Source: Eledone cirrhosa (lineage: Eukaryota). From it: a stretch of DNA of 64,000 nt. This document shows positions 24,421-41,721 of this stretch, piece after piece (positions within the stretch are counted from its first letter, which is position 1; each line of letters begins with the position of its first letter). The stretch spans positions 165,974,001 through 166,038,000 of the forward strand of contig OZ024741.1 in NCBI GenBank assembly GCA_964016885.1, given 5' to 3'. Under the pieces are notes generated by a model. That model did no database searches. It was not told the DNA's origin and saw only the letters and a list, made by a program, of their open reading frames with translations. Made by a program: the position numbers and the translations under genes.

Positions 24421-25281
24421 CAGTGAATCTTCGCTTATCCGGACTGTCAAAACCAAACGGTTAGAAAAAGATCCGGTTAAGTGAAATATCCGGATAAGTG
24501 AATTCTAAAATCCCATTGTTACATAATTGTTTCTACTTTAGGCACAAGGCCATCAATTACCCAGTGCATTACTGGTACTTTATTTTATCGACCCCGTAAG
24601 GATGAAAGGCAAAGTTAACCTCGGTGGGATTTGAACTCAGACCGCAAAGGGACGTAACTATGCTGGAAAGCATGGCGTCCGACCCTCTACCGATACTGCC
24701 AAGCCACCACCCATTGTTACATAATGCTCGTGGTTTCTAATGTTTTGGCTTCTTTTAGTCAAAAGAAAAGACATGCTAAGTAAAGAAAGCTTATTAGAAT
24801 AACAAAAGAACAGCTAGAATTTATAAGAAAATTAATTAAACAAACATAAGAATAACTAAAAACTTGGTAAAACTGAATTGAGTCAAACCATAAAAAGTTA
24901 GTACTTTTATAAAAATGAATAAATGGAAGATTGTTTTCGCGCCGAAGCTCGTTGTTCCGCTACCATTTCCCGCTACCATTTCCACGCAACAGCTGAACGG
25001 TCAACCACCTCCCTCATGTTTATCGCACGTAAAAATGGAATCATTCCCGTGTCCCCTTTTCCGATCAAATCCCGCAGCAATTGTTTTCTGTAAATCCGCT
25101 TCAGTGTCTCCAAAACTCCTTGGTCCATTGGCTGAATAAGTGACGTAACGCCGGAAGAAGTGCTGCCCGAATCTGTCCGTCTGCCGAAATCAAGTGTTCC
25201 TTATCCGGAGGTAGTATAGAAATAGCCGTCCGGTAAATCGAATTTCGTAAAAGTGATATCCGGATAAGCGAAGATGCACTG
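24421..25281. mobile_element. Tc1/mariner (pogo/Tigger-like) MITE
   Basis: TIRs CAGTGAATCTTCGCTTATCCG / CGGATAAGCGAAGATGCACTG, TA on both sides, and internal CCGGATAAG sub-repeats. Confidence 0.92.
24528..24709 (-). mobile_element. tRNA-derived SINE nested in the MITE
   Basis: 16-bp TSD CCCATTGTTACATAAT at 24512-24527 and 24710-24725. Confidence 0.93.
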
Positions 25282-25432
25282 TACCACCATGTTACATTGA
25301 CAGTCGGCTTTCTTGATGATTTCCTTCGAATAAAACAGTTCTAGTCCTGTAGACGCCATTTCTATATTAAATATTTATACCCTGCTATGTATGAAGTACC
25401 TTACGTATTGTGGTTACCCCCGATTGAACCCA

Positions 25433-25542
<110 letters not shown>

Positions 25543-25564
25543 GTGTATGTGCGTGTATGTATAT

Positions 25565-25770
25565 GAACAGAAGATAACTCAGGCAGTTGAAGCTATACCG
25601 AGACTTAGGTACAATTTATGCGAACGACATGTTAAAAGTATGTCTGGTCTAAAAAGCCACATGAGTTCTCATGCCAGAAGTGAGCTCCAGGCGGTCAAGC
25701 TTTGTATTGAGCAGACAACCGTCATGTATGTATGTATGTATGTATGTATGTATGTATGTATGTATGTATG

Positions 25771-25827
<57 letters not shown>

Positions 25828-26837
25828 GTATGTATGTATGTATGTATGTATGTCGTCACATGGTACCATGGGCCCAGCACTATGTGTCAATAATTGTCAC
25901 AAGTGTAGTGTTTGTACCAGAGTTTTCAAGTCGCTGGCTGGACTAAAAAGTCACACTCGTTCAGCGCATCGGTAGGGGTTCTCCTACATGGATATAAAGT
26001 AGTGGCCGTACTCGAAAACGAGTTGGCAGCCACCATGTATGTATGTATGTCGGGTCACTTATGAGTGCTACTGGTAACATGTAACCCAGTACAATCTGTC
26101 GCATGGTCGGGTCGTCGGCGACTAAACCGCCAACCCCACCAAGTTTACTTGGTGAGGAGGGTGACTTTGGACACCCTGCAGGACAAAAAACAAAACCTGA
26201 CAAAGGGCTGAAGAACTCATAAGAGTCAACGGCCATCCAAAAGTGTGTAAATATGTATATACACATGTACATATGTATGTATATGCTCGGGGACATAGAA
26301 ATAGTCGGACTGGACACCCGATCGCGCGGTTAAACCACTGGGAAGGAAGGACTCCTAGCCTATGTCAGGGCATTCTTCTAGAAGGCAACTCAGTAAACTG
26401 GGATAACTCCGATATAAAACCTGCGGCTCAGTAGTTATCGATGATGTTGATCTTTTCTTCTTTTAGGGTTATAGCGACTGTCGCGCAAAGAGTGGGATTG
26501 GCTCAGTGCACAGTTTTTTCTCACTTTAAAAAATATCTTCACGCACAGGCATTGCACGATAAAATTAATTAATTATTATTAATAATGGTATATCGTGCAA
26601 TGGCCATACTCGATAACGAGGGGGCAGCCATTATGTATGTATGTTATGTCAGGTCGCTCTTCAGCGCTACTGGTAACATGCAACCCAATACAACTTGTGC
26701 ATAGTCGGGTTATCCGCGACTAAACCGGTAACCCCACCAAGCCTGCTTTGTGAGGAGGGTGAATTTGGACATCTTGTGGGATGAAAAAAAACTGTTAAAA
26801 GGGGGAGGAACTCAGGAGAGTCAACGGCCATCCAATA

Positions 26838-26889
<52 letters not shown>

Positions 26890-27545
26890 TTGAGCGAGAG
26901 ACTCCTAGTCTTCATTAAAACATCTCTTTAGGAGAAGATCACTCTGATATAAAACCTGCGACTTTGTTTGCATTCAATGATATAGACTGGTTCTTCTTTT
27001 TGGGCAAATGCATTCGATGTTCAGAGAGTGGGATTGGCCCCATGCAATGCCTTTCATCACTTAAAAAAGCTTCAAGCACAGGCATCGCTTGGCATTTTTT
27101 GCTAGCTATAGGCAATTCCCTAGCAGGACTCAAGTATCAAGAGATGGCGTGGATTGGCAGTATCGGTAGAGGGTCGGACGCCATGCTTTCCAGCATAGTT
27201 ACGTCCCTTAACGATCTGAGTTCAAATCCCGCCGAGGTTGACTTTGCCTTTCATCCTTACGGGGTCGATAAAATAAAGTACCAGTAATGCACTGGGTAAT
27301 GCTGGCCTTGTGCTAAAAGTAGAAACAATTATTTGAAATGGCAGTATCGGTAGAGGGTCGGACACCATGCTTTGACGCATAGAGTTACGGCCCTTGCCAT
27401 CCTGAGTTCAAATCTCGCCGAGATTAACTATGCCTTTCATCCTTACGGGGTCGATAAAATAAAGTACTAGTATTGCACTGGATAATTGCTGGCCTTGTGC
27501 CAAAAGTAGAGACAATTATTTGAAATGGAGTTGCAGCCATCATCT
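25565..27545 (+). mobile_element. Head-to-tail cluster of RTE-derived bipartite elements in (TATG)n
   Basis: 3' part at 25852-26036; copies start at about 26048 and 26648. Copies end at ...GCAGCCA(C/T)...ATGTATG. Confidence 0.75.
27150..27520 (+). mobile_element. Two tandem tRNA-derived SINEs, the second inserted at the tail of the first
   Basis: CAATTATTTGAAATGG is repeated at 27326-27341 and 27513-27528. Confidence 0.9.
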
Positions 27546-27637
27546 TGTATGTATGTGTTATCTCTTTCTCTTAATTTCGAGTATATTTTTTGACTGGTCA
27601 CCTTCCTGGTGGCAAGGTTGTAAAAGAAAAGAAATTG

Positions 27638-30600
27638 TCATCCCTTGAATCGCAAGAATGTTTTGCAAATTTTGAAGGTGCCAGCTATCGCAGCCATTTG
27701 TAGACTATGAATTAGAGAGCTGCGCTCTTTGTCCGCAAATCCAAGTTCAGTCATACTTTGGTCCAAGCGGGTTGGTATATAACCCGTAGCTCCAATAATG
27801 ATGGGTATGAAGCTAAAGGTGTATCTTGGATACTGGATTTGTAAACTCCTCATCAATGGTCCGTAGATGTCCTCCTTCTCCTGTATTTTTCTGACAACGT
27901 TTACATCAAGTGGGCAGATGGTCTCCACAACAGAACACGTTTTCAATGTGTGGTCCCAAACAACAATATCAGGCCGGTTGTGCTTTAATTTGGTGGCAGT
28001 TTTTATTTTCAGGTTCCACCAGTATTGCTTAGTGCCATCTGTCTCAATATATTCTTCCTCGTTTGTTGTTAATTTTGTTTTCCGAAGTGCGTTCCAGATG
28101 GTTCTAGCTCTCCCATCGTGTCTCATGGGGAGGTAGTAGCGAGATGACATTCTTTCGCAGCTGGCAACAATGTGGCTTACATCTTCGATCTTTGTTTTAC
28201 ATAGCCTACATTTATTGTCAGCTGATGGCCCTCCTCTTTTGTGCAGCAGATATTAGGTAGGGAGTTCTTGTTCTTGTATTGCATAGAGATATCCCTCAAG
28301 GTGTGATGTCATAAACTTGTCGGAACTCCATGCCAGGCTTTTTGAGTGGTTTATCCCCTCTATGGTCTGTGTTTTACGTCTCAAGTATCCATGCATAACT
28401 TTTTCTGTAAATTGGTCAATTTTTTCATCTTGTTTGAACATTGAATAGGATCTTCCGATTTCTCTGGGTGAGAGATTTATATTAGGCTTTATTCCATATC
28501 TCTCCTCCAGATCAGTGGCTATTCTAATGATATTTTTTTTTTTCATGCTCATAAACCTGGGCAAGATGGTTGCCAACCTTCTTTCTCTGTTGAAGATGTT
28601 AAAGTTCCCAGTAACACTGAGAAGTTTGCGAGTTCTAGCATCCATCTCACTTAGTTCTTGCAATGACCAGTTCAGCAGGCCAAATGTTGGCGTTAGAATT
28701 GGCACAGCATAAGTATTGTGGGCATAAGTGTTGTACGCTGACAGTTCTGATGACCATATTTTCTTTACTCTTCTGAGGTATTCAGTTCTGGTTCTCTCCT
28801 TATTTATGGGTCCATCATATCTGACATTCTCATCCTGTCCAAGATATCTGTAGTTGTCACCTGACTGTAGAGGTTGTATTGTCAGGCCGTTCATCTCTAG
28901 ATTTCTAGAGGAGGACACAGCTCTTCCACGTTTTACTGCCAAATATGCCCACTTGGACTCACCAAATTTCATTTTGATGTCTGTTGAACATTGTGTAATG
29001 AGGTCCAATTGTTTCTTGGTGTCATTGATATTTGTCCCATACAACTTCAGGTCATCAACAAAGAAAAGATGGGAGATACTTCTGGACCCACTTCTTTGTC
29101 CACCTTGTTTCCTGAGTAGGTAAGATAGTGGATTTAGTGAGAGAACGAAGAGTAGCACTGACAAGCTATTACCCTGAAAGATGCCCTTCTGGTAATGTAT
29201 CTTATCAGTCTTAACTTGCTCCTTCTCACCTCTAAGGATCAAATTGGTGTACCAGTTCTTGGTCAGACGTTCAACAGCAGCTACCAGTGGTTGTGGGACT
29301 TTGGCTAACTGTAAAGCCTTAACAATCCACTCATGAGGTACACTATCAAATGCTTTTTGATAGTCCAGCCACACCACAGTCATGTTTCTGCGATTCTTTG
29401 TTGTTTTTTCTTGAATCATTTTATTAGTTAGTAGGTGATCTATGCAACCCCACACCACCCTCTTTCCACCAGCTTGCTCAAGTGTTATGATGTTGTTGGT
29501 AGCACAGTGATCCTGTAAGAACAGGTTAAGGCATCCAGTATATAATTTATACATGATGTTTTGGCAGGCTATTGGGCGGTAATTTTTAGCAAGGGTGGTT
29601 TGGCTATTTTGGGGAATGAGGAGAGTAGTGGCAGTTGATAACCATCTGGGCAGTTTTTGTGTGCCTTTAATGGTTTCTGTAAACAGCCGTATGAGATCTT
29701 GCCGATAGAAAGTGAAATTCTTCAACCAGTATCCTGTAATGAGGTCTGGGCCTGGTGATTTCCTATTCGACATTTTCTGTAGAGCTGTTTCCAGTATTGA
29801 CCCATCTATGTCATATTGTTTTGTTTGGACATGTTGGCAGTAGTCCTGTTCCAGTTCTTTTAGCCATTTAGTTTGTTGAATCCGTCATCCGTTTCCCATA
29901 CAGATCTCCAGTAGCTCTCAACCTGTTCTTTTGAAGGGATGTCATTTACAGTGATTGAGCTTTTGTCACCGAAGCTGCGATAAACTGATTTAGGATCTCT
30001 AGCAAACAATCTATTTAGCAATGTCGTTTATGTGCTATTGACTTATAATTTATTCTTTCTGTTGTAGCTGTGTGTTGTTGTTTCAACTGGTGTAATTTGG
30101 AGTTTAAAGTTTTAAATTTTGTATCTCCAAATCGTCTCTCTAATTTTTTTCTTACGTCTTCGGTGTCGTGTGAAGTTGCTCTCTATGTTGCATTTCATAA
30201 CGACTGCGATGTGTGAGATACTTCGTCTCAGGAACAAAATTTTGCTTTTTAAATTTCGCATCCACACTGGTTCAGGTTTTTTGTTTGTATCTTGATTGCG
30301 TGGTTTTAGATGGTTTTTTTTATATGATAGCAATATGACAGCTGAAACATATAACAAAATGTTAAGCGTTTCAAATGTCGTTTCTACACCTTTAGATCGT
30401 ATAGCCTTCAGATAATTGTCAGCTATTTCGTTCACCGCTTCAATTCCAATTTAGTGGGTTCTTTACTGATTCTGGTGTTGTATGGTCTGTCACTCACATT
30501 AAGGCTGTGTATCTCTTGAAACATATCGTCCCATATCACTTGTAAGGTGTCCACAAGTTTTTGGTGTTCTGTTTGTACAGTAGAGTCATGAATTTCAGCC

Positions 30601-31032
30601 TCGTTGTTGATGTGGTGACAATTACTACTAGAGTTAGCTGACTATTCTCGCTGTTTTCAGTGGAAGTGGATGGATTTCAGCAAAATTGTTGGTGAGCTGT
30701 TCACTGTTAGATTTAGCTGGCCATTCTCTTTGTCTGTCAGTGGAGGTGGGGTGGTTGTCTACAAGGGCTGTATTTGTAGTATCACTCAATTCCATTAGAT
30801 GTATCAATTTACATCTAATGATACGTTTTGCCTGTGCATTTAAATGCTTTGGAGAAAAGTCTAATTCTGGGTGTTTGGAGTTCCATAAAGTTTTTAGCCT
30901 TTGCATAAAACCGAACTTTTGGGGTTCAGATTGTTTGTATTCTTCATATAATTCTTTGTTAAGCTCGTAGCTCCACTATATACAACGGCTGTAGTTGCGA
31001 TTGGGTCGAAGGAGACTTGTACGTTTTGCCAT
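27638..31032 (-). pseudogene. Near-full-length R4/Dong-clade non-LTR retrotransposon (RT, CCHC finger, restriction-like endonuclease), disrupted
   Basis: YRPIACQN, LDYQKAFDSVPH, GIFQG, FVDDLKLY; CRLC...H...C; RHD; NRPDIV. N-terminal GFMQRLKTLW. Several stops and frameshifts. Confidence 0.92.
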
Positions 31033-31289
31033 GATGAGTTCGTCTATTCACTAATATTTTGTATTTATTTTTCAAAATAGTCGATGATCTTCTTTAAAAG
31101 TTTCGACAAAGTTCTGTCAGAATCAAATTTAAAGTTATTCACAGCTTCGATAATATTTCTTTTCAGTTAGTTTTTAATTCTACAACTGTGTTTTAAATGT
31201 TGTTTTTGAATCGTTTGAATCTAGAACAAAAAAAAAAACAAAACAAAAAAACCCCTTACTTAGTATATTTCTTTATGAACGTAATATAA

Positions 31290-31476
31290 TTGTTTCTACT
31301 TTTGGCACCAGGCCAGTAATTACCCAGTGTATTACTGGTACTTTTTTTTAACGACCCCGTAAGGATGAAAGGCAGAGTTAACCTCGGCGTGATTTGAACT
31401 CAGAATGGCAAGGGGCGTAACTCTATGCGTCAAAGCATGGCGTCCGACCCTCTACCGATACTACCAATCCACCGCT
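31290..31476 (-). mobile_element. tRNA-derived SINE
   Basis: Full family sequence on the reverse strand. Confidence 0.9.
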
Positions 31477-31860
31477 CTTAACAAGGCTGTATTTATATGT
31501 TAAAGTTTATGTATCATTCATATAAATGGGTGTTCCACAACATATTCACAATTCAAACACTTATGTTTTTGTTTCTGAATGGAAAACGTTACTTGCATAT
31601 TTCTTTACAAATGTAATATAACAACGTTACATTTATATGTTAAAGTGTATGTATCGTTCATATATCATAAGTGTATGTATCGTTCATATAAATAGGTGTT
31701 TTACAACACACTTACAGTTCAAACACTTATGTAGAATTATTGTATGTAATCTTACCGCGTAATGTAGCTCAACTTTTTCCAATACATGGTATGTTGCCTT
31801 CATGTAAGCCGTAATTACACACGTCCGATTATCGGACACTGACCACAATGGTCGCCATTG

Positions 31861-31892
<32 letters not shown>

Positions 31893-32034
31893 TGTATGTA
31901 TGTATGTATGTATGTATGTATGTATGTATGTATGTATGTATGCAGTGGTGGACTGGGTCTAAGAATATTGGTTACCTGGAGATGAACGGGGCCCACCTAC
32001 ATATAGAATGCTATCATGTAATTTTTATAATGAA

Positions 32035-33129
<1,095 letters not shown>

Positions 33130-33998
33130 TAAATAACATTCTCGAAAAATACATAGGTGGAAACAAAACAGTGCCATCAAATTTTTTATGAAAAATATCT
33201 TACCTTCTCCAATAAAAAATATTATGTATTTTGCGAAATCCAGAGACTTTCAATAATGACCAGAGGTCAACCATAAATATTACTAATAGCTCTAGGAAAG
33301 CCATTAACGACATCAGACCTTTTTATCATTGATTTTGAAAGTAGGTTTATAATTATTAATTTTAATTATACTTTTGTAGCTGTCTCGGTGGAAGAATTGG
33401 AAAAGTTGGAAAAATCATAGACGATGGTGATCGTAGTCTGAAGTTCGATCCTGATCGGGAGTAGGGTTCTCGCCAAGCCTTTTCAGTTATTTTCCTATTG
33501 ACTTATAAAATAAAAACTGAAAAAAGGTTATATGTACCTCTTGGTCAGGATTGAATCCAAGGTGAAAACCTCCAACCTTCTCTAGTACCTACCGCTAGGC
33601 CACAGAGACATCTACGAAGATCGTATGCAAAATTCATACTTATAAACCTACTTTCAAAATTTTCAAAACAAAGTGTTGTGGTGTCGTTCATCTCTTTCTT
33701 AATGTTATTGCTCCTACCTAAGGTCGACTTCTAAATCATTTAGGTGTTTCACATCTATGTGGACTATATTTTGACCTGTAATCCATGTTTCATTTCTGTT
33801 GTACCTCGTTTCTTCTCCCCTCGCCCCTCCCCCTCTCTCTTTTTTACTCTGTGATATTTGAATCTACTATGATCTGGGCTTACCTTATTCCTATATATGT
33901 TTTTGCATGTCAGTTAGATTCAATTCGAAAAACTCAGATTACATTTATTGTATTGAGCCTTGTAGAGCGAAAATTCTTAATTAAAATTTTTTTTTTAT

Positions 33999-34057
<59 letters not shown>

Positions 34058-34418
34058 GTATATACAGTGGCGGACTAGGTCTAAAAATATTGGTTGCCAG
34101 ATGAAAGGGACCCACATACATATAGAATGCTATCATTTAATTTTTATAATGAATAAATAAATATTTGCGGAAAAATATCTCACCTTCTCCAATAAAAAAT
34201 ATGTATTTTGCGAAATCCAGTGTCTTTCAATAATGACCTTTGGTCTTTCACACTCACTCAATATATATATGTGTCTCTCTCTCTCTCTCTCTCTCTCTCA
34301 GCCCGGTCAACCGCCCTCAAGTGACCGGGCTGGTAGCTGCTAAATGGTCGGCCGCCCTCATGTCTCTGATTTTCAGTGCAATGGATTTTGTCTATTATAT
34401 TCCTTTGTTGTATTTCGA

Positions 34419-34460
34419 AAACCTGATGATGTCCCCGGATTCATACTGAACCTAGTCATT
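34419..34460 (+). ncRNA. Degenerate hammerhead-like motif
   Basis: CTGATGA T GT...AC T GAAC CTA GTC. GAAA is mutated to GAAC. The element runs to (TA)n at 34662 and its end recurs at 61043-61108. Confidence 0.4.
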
Positions 34461-34660
34461 GAAATGATCATAGTATAATAAACCTTTTAAGGAATTACAC
34501 CAGTCCAGCCTCCTGTTATTTTATAATAATTAACTCAGTACTCGCACCACCAACAACACAAACGAAGACGAGTGAGTTGCACTCCGTCGAGTGCTCTCCA
34601 TATTATTACATCGAGATTGACCATACGGAATGACCAGTTCTATCCAGTGGTGAACAAATT

Positions 34661-34725
<65 letters not shown>

Positions 34726-34777
34726 CACCTTCACCACTAATTTATTTGACAGATGTCTTTAACCCATTGATACCAAT

Positions 34778-34890
34778 CAAATCCCGCCGAGGTTAACTTT
34801 GCCTTTCATTCTTACGGGGTCGATAAAATAAAGTACCAGTAATACTCTGGGATAATTGCTGGCCTTGTGCCAAAAGTAGAAACAATTATT
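34778..34890 (+). mobile_element. 5'-truncated tRNA-derived SINE
   Basis: Family core and tail present. Confidence 0.87.
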
Positions 34891-35018
34891 TGGTCAGTAG
34901 TTCATGTGTAAGTATATATATGTATATAGAAGTTAAAAACAAAAAACAAAAACAATAACGACGAAGAGTGCAGTACAGTGTAGGTATTAGGTTCACGTTT
35001 GAGAGTGGGGGGGGGGGG

Positions 35019-35050
35019 GCGTTTCGGGCATAAGCCCTTCATCAGGAGAA
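35019..35050 (-). ncRNA. Minimal hammerhead core (PLE-type), 3' side decayed
   Basis: CTGATGA A GGGC TTAT GCCC GAAAC; the NUH and stem I are replaced by poly-C. Confidence 0.6.
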
Positions 35051-35599
35051 AAGTGGGAAGGAAAAGAGTTCCGGGTGTGTGAAGGGGTGGGGGTGGAAAG
35101 ACATTAAAAGGGGGAGGGGGAAATATATATATATATATGCTTGTGTGTCTGTGTCTATATATGTATGTTTGCATGAATAATACACTAATCTTTAGATTTA
35201 GTAGAATGTAGAACCACTGATTCCAGCTATCTGAACTATCGTATATTTTGGTTTCTAGTAATTCCCCAGGGAATTGGTTGACCAAATGCTTTGCTTAATT
35301 GTTTTATTTATTTTTAAAAAAATGTTATTCTTTCTCTTAGATTTCAGGTATTTTTTGAAAGCAAAGCATTGGCCCCTAAAATACTACAGTGGGCCCTGCA
35401 ATACTACTGTTGCAATTTAACAATGGGCCCCCTGGGGCCCACTTGCCATTGGGAAACCTGGCAACCTGGCCAGTCCACCGCTGTATGTATGTATGTATGT
35501 ACCCGTAACTCGTGGTGAATTTTTAGAGGCGCCGTAGGAACACATTCAATGTCTTCCAGAGAAGAAAGGAAGTGAGAAAGAGATATAGAGAAAGACCGA

Positions 35600-35740
35600 A
35601 CCCTAGTACTGAACTGATACGTTTTTTTTTATCGACCTCGAAAGGATGAAAGGCAAAGTTGACCTCAGCAGGATGTGAATTCTGGGTGTAGAGTCGGAAC
35701 AAATACTGCAAAACATTCTATCCGACGTTCTAACGGCTGT
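35600..35740 (-). mobile_element. Older SINE subfamily copy
   Basis: TATCGACCTCGAAAGGATGAAAGGCAAAGTTGACCTC core. Confidence 0.75.
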
Positions 35741-36325
35741 TCCTTCATCGCCATTACTTAAAATCACAAGATCTCTAGCTGGTAATATATATTGAAATAC
35801 TATAGAGCTTTTTTCTCGCACTCCATAATCACATCGTATATAACCAAATATTTGCCTCGTTATATATTTTTCAACAATTGTTAATCGACCATTCTATTCT
35901 TTATTTCCTCTGTAGTTATTTTTCATTTTCTATTTGCAACTAAAATATTTTCATTCACTTACCTATAAATCACCGTTAATTTCGTAGGAAGGTGACAACT
36001 AATTGACTCAATTCCTTTTCAAGTATTCTCTGACATTTCAAAAAATGCTAATAAAGTCGGTGCCATCGTTTCTGCTCGTTAATCTGTTTCTAAATGTTTA
36101 ATTAAAAAATATTTCATTCTTTGAGAATTATTTTAGCGTATTTTCATTGAAATTTAACTAAATTTTCGAAAGTATATTTTCCTTTTGATCTTTCTAGTTC
36201 ATACTACTACTTAAACACAACCGCTTTATATTCATACTACCCTGTCCCTCTATCTCTCTATTTCAATTTCTGTCTGTCTGTCTCCCCCTCTCTCTGTCTC
36301 AGTCTGTCTGTCTGCTGCTGTCTGT

Positions 36326-36357
<32 letters not shown>

Positions 36358-36391
36358 CATGTATGTGTATATATATATATATATATATATA

Positions 36392-36793
36392 GTAATAATA
36401 ATAAATTTGAAGACTAAAATCCAAAGAGGGCTCGATAAGGATAAATATATATCAAATATATAAGAACCGTAGAGCAAATATTTATTAAAATAACAGATTA
36501 AAGTTTAAGCAAAGAATCGCTGCTTTCACCCTTAACGGGATCTTCTGAAACTAACAAAGTCAATCTGTGAACGCAGAAGTGGATATTTAAAAAAACGTTG
36601 CAACCGGAGGAAGACAGGAAGACGACACTTCCACGAACCAGAGTGTCGTCTTTCTGTCTTCCTCCGGTTGCAACGTTTTTTAAAATATCCACTTCTGCGT
36701 TCACAGATTGACTTTGTTAGTTTCAGAAGATCCCGTTAAGGGTGAAAGCAGCGATTCTTTGCTTAAACTTTAATCTGTTATTTTAATAAATAT
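36392..36793. mobile_element. Fold-back element with 152-bp near-perfect arms and 12-nt loop, between (TA)n tracts
   Basis: Arms 36478-36629 and 36642-36793; related copies at 19818, 47111 and 47350. Confidence 0.9.
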
Positions 36794-36864
36794 ATATATA
36801 TATATATTATATAAAAAAGAAAATTTTCGCTCTACATGGCTGAATACAATAAATGTAATCTGAG

Positions 36865-37095
36865 TTTTTCGAATATTAATAATTGTTTCTACTTTAGGCA
36901 CAAGGCCATCAATTACCCAGTGCATTACTGGTACTTTATTTTATCGACCCCGTAAGGATGAAAGGCAAAGTTAACCTCGGCGGGATTAACTTTGCCTTTC
37001 ATCCTTACGGGGTCGATAAAATAAAGTACCAGTAATCTACTGGGTAATTGCTGGCCTTGTGCCTAAAGTAGAAACAATTATTAATATTCGAAAAA
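36865..37095. mobile_element. Fold-back SINE (110-bp arms, 11-nt loop) inserted in a terminus of the 20033 family
   Basis: Arms 36865-36974 and 36986-37095; the target TTCGAATATTAATAAT is repeated at 37106. Confidence 0.9.
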
Positions 37096-37828
37096 TTAAT
37101 AATAATTCGAATATTAATAATAACATTCGATTCGTTTGCAATTATGCAAACAAGCACCCCTCTTTACGCAATACCCCTAGTTTGCTACCCGATTTCATTT
37201 GACAAGTAGACATTTTACTTTAGCGTGGCATTGAGAAAGCAGCCTGAAAAGGTAATTTCCATTTTCCTTGTGAAATGTTTATAGCTTGATAGAATAGATG
37301 AAGAATATAGTTGATGGCATCAGCAAGCCGGTATCTAATCTCAGTTATATCTATTTTATTTCTCTTATGTCACTAACGCAATTCTCTTGAAATTACGCAC
37401 CCTCTTCTCCGATGGTACCATATTTCTTTGTACATAAAACAACTTGAATATAATATGATCCCTATTTCTGAAGCTAAAAATCAAATAAATTACACCCTTG
37501 TACATAATACGAACCAGGAATACGGCCATATCTATGTAATATTTGCTTATTTGTAAACTTTTACCAAGTTAAAATTCACTGTAATTCCAGTAGACCTTTG
37601 GAAGGTAGTAACCAGGTATGCTACAGTTGTTAATTAGATAATATCTATATACTACTAAAACTTGATTGCTTGCTTATCTGTAATGTCATACAGACAAAGG
37701 GGCCCATAATGGGAAAATAATTGGAAAGGAAGTTGACCCTGAAATGGGAATACAAATGGAATAAAACAAGTTTCGCGTAAATCGGAGCAGTGTTCCCGAG
37801 ATATGGGGTTTTCCCGGGTACCTTCATA

Positions 37829-40805
<2,977 letters not shown>

Positions 40806-40962
40806 ATAGAAATGGGACCACATCTGTTTCAACCGTTTGAAATCATCTGGAAATTCTGATCTTGTGATTTCAAACACCTGATACAGTTCAATTCTTTTGG
40901 AAGTCATATATTTATTTCATAAATATGTACCTTCTCTACTAATGTCTTGAGTACATTATTTA

Positions 40963-41150
40963 GGTGGATTGGCAGTATCGGTAGAGGTTCGGACGCCATG
41001 CTTTGACGCATAGAGTTACGGCCCTTGCAATTCTGAGTTCAAATCCCGCCGAGGTTAACTTTGCCTTTCATCCTTACGGGGTCGATAAAATAAAGTACCA
41101 GTAATGTACTGGGTAATTTTCTGGCCTTGTGCCAATAGTAGAAACAATTA
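40963..41150 (+). mobile_element. tRNA-derived SINE, full length
   Basis: A and B boxes present; flanking ATTATTTA duplicated. Confidence 0.92.
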
Positions 41151-41350
41151 TTTAACTGTGTTTTTCAGTTCCTCTTCGGAAAATAATTATATATATATGT
41201 ATATATATATATATTAAATGCGGAAATCCCCACTTTATAAATAAATGTTTTGATATTATACTGAAAAAATCCCTCCAGCATTTTCTACTGCATTTTTTCC
41301 TTTTTACTATTTGTTTATATATATCAACTCGTGTGTCACTTTTCTACATT

Positions 41351-41444
<94 letters not shown>

Positions 41445-41552
41445 CGTTAGATTTTCCAATTGGATTTTCACCCCGAAACTGGATACCAACCCGGAGTATA
41501 CGTGAACATCCATCTGGAAATCTTTCGTATCACTGAAATTTTCTTTACCTCT

Positions 41553-41721
<169 letters not shown>

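Noticed and set aside
40963-41060. tRNA genes
   Set aside because: The A and B boxes are SINE heads continuing into the SINE body, with no full cloverleaf.
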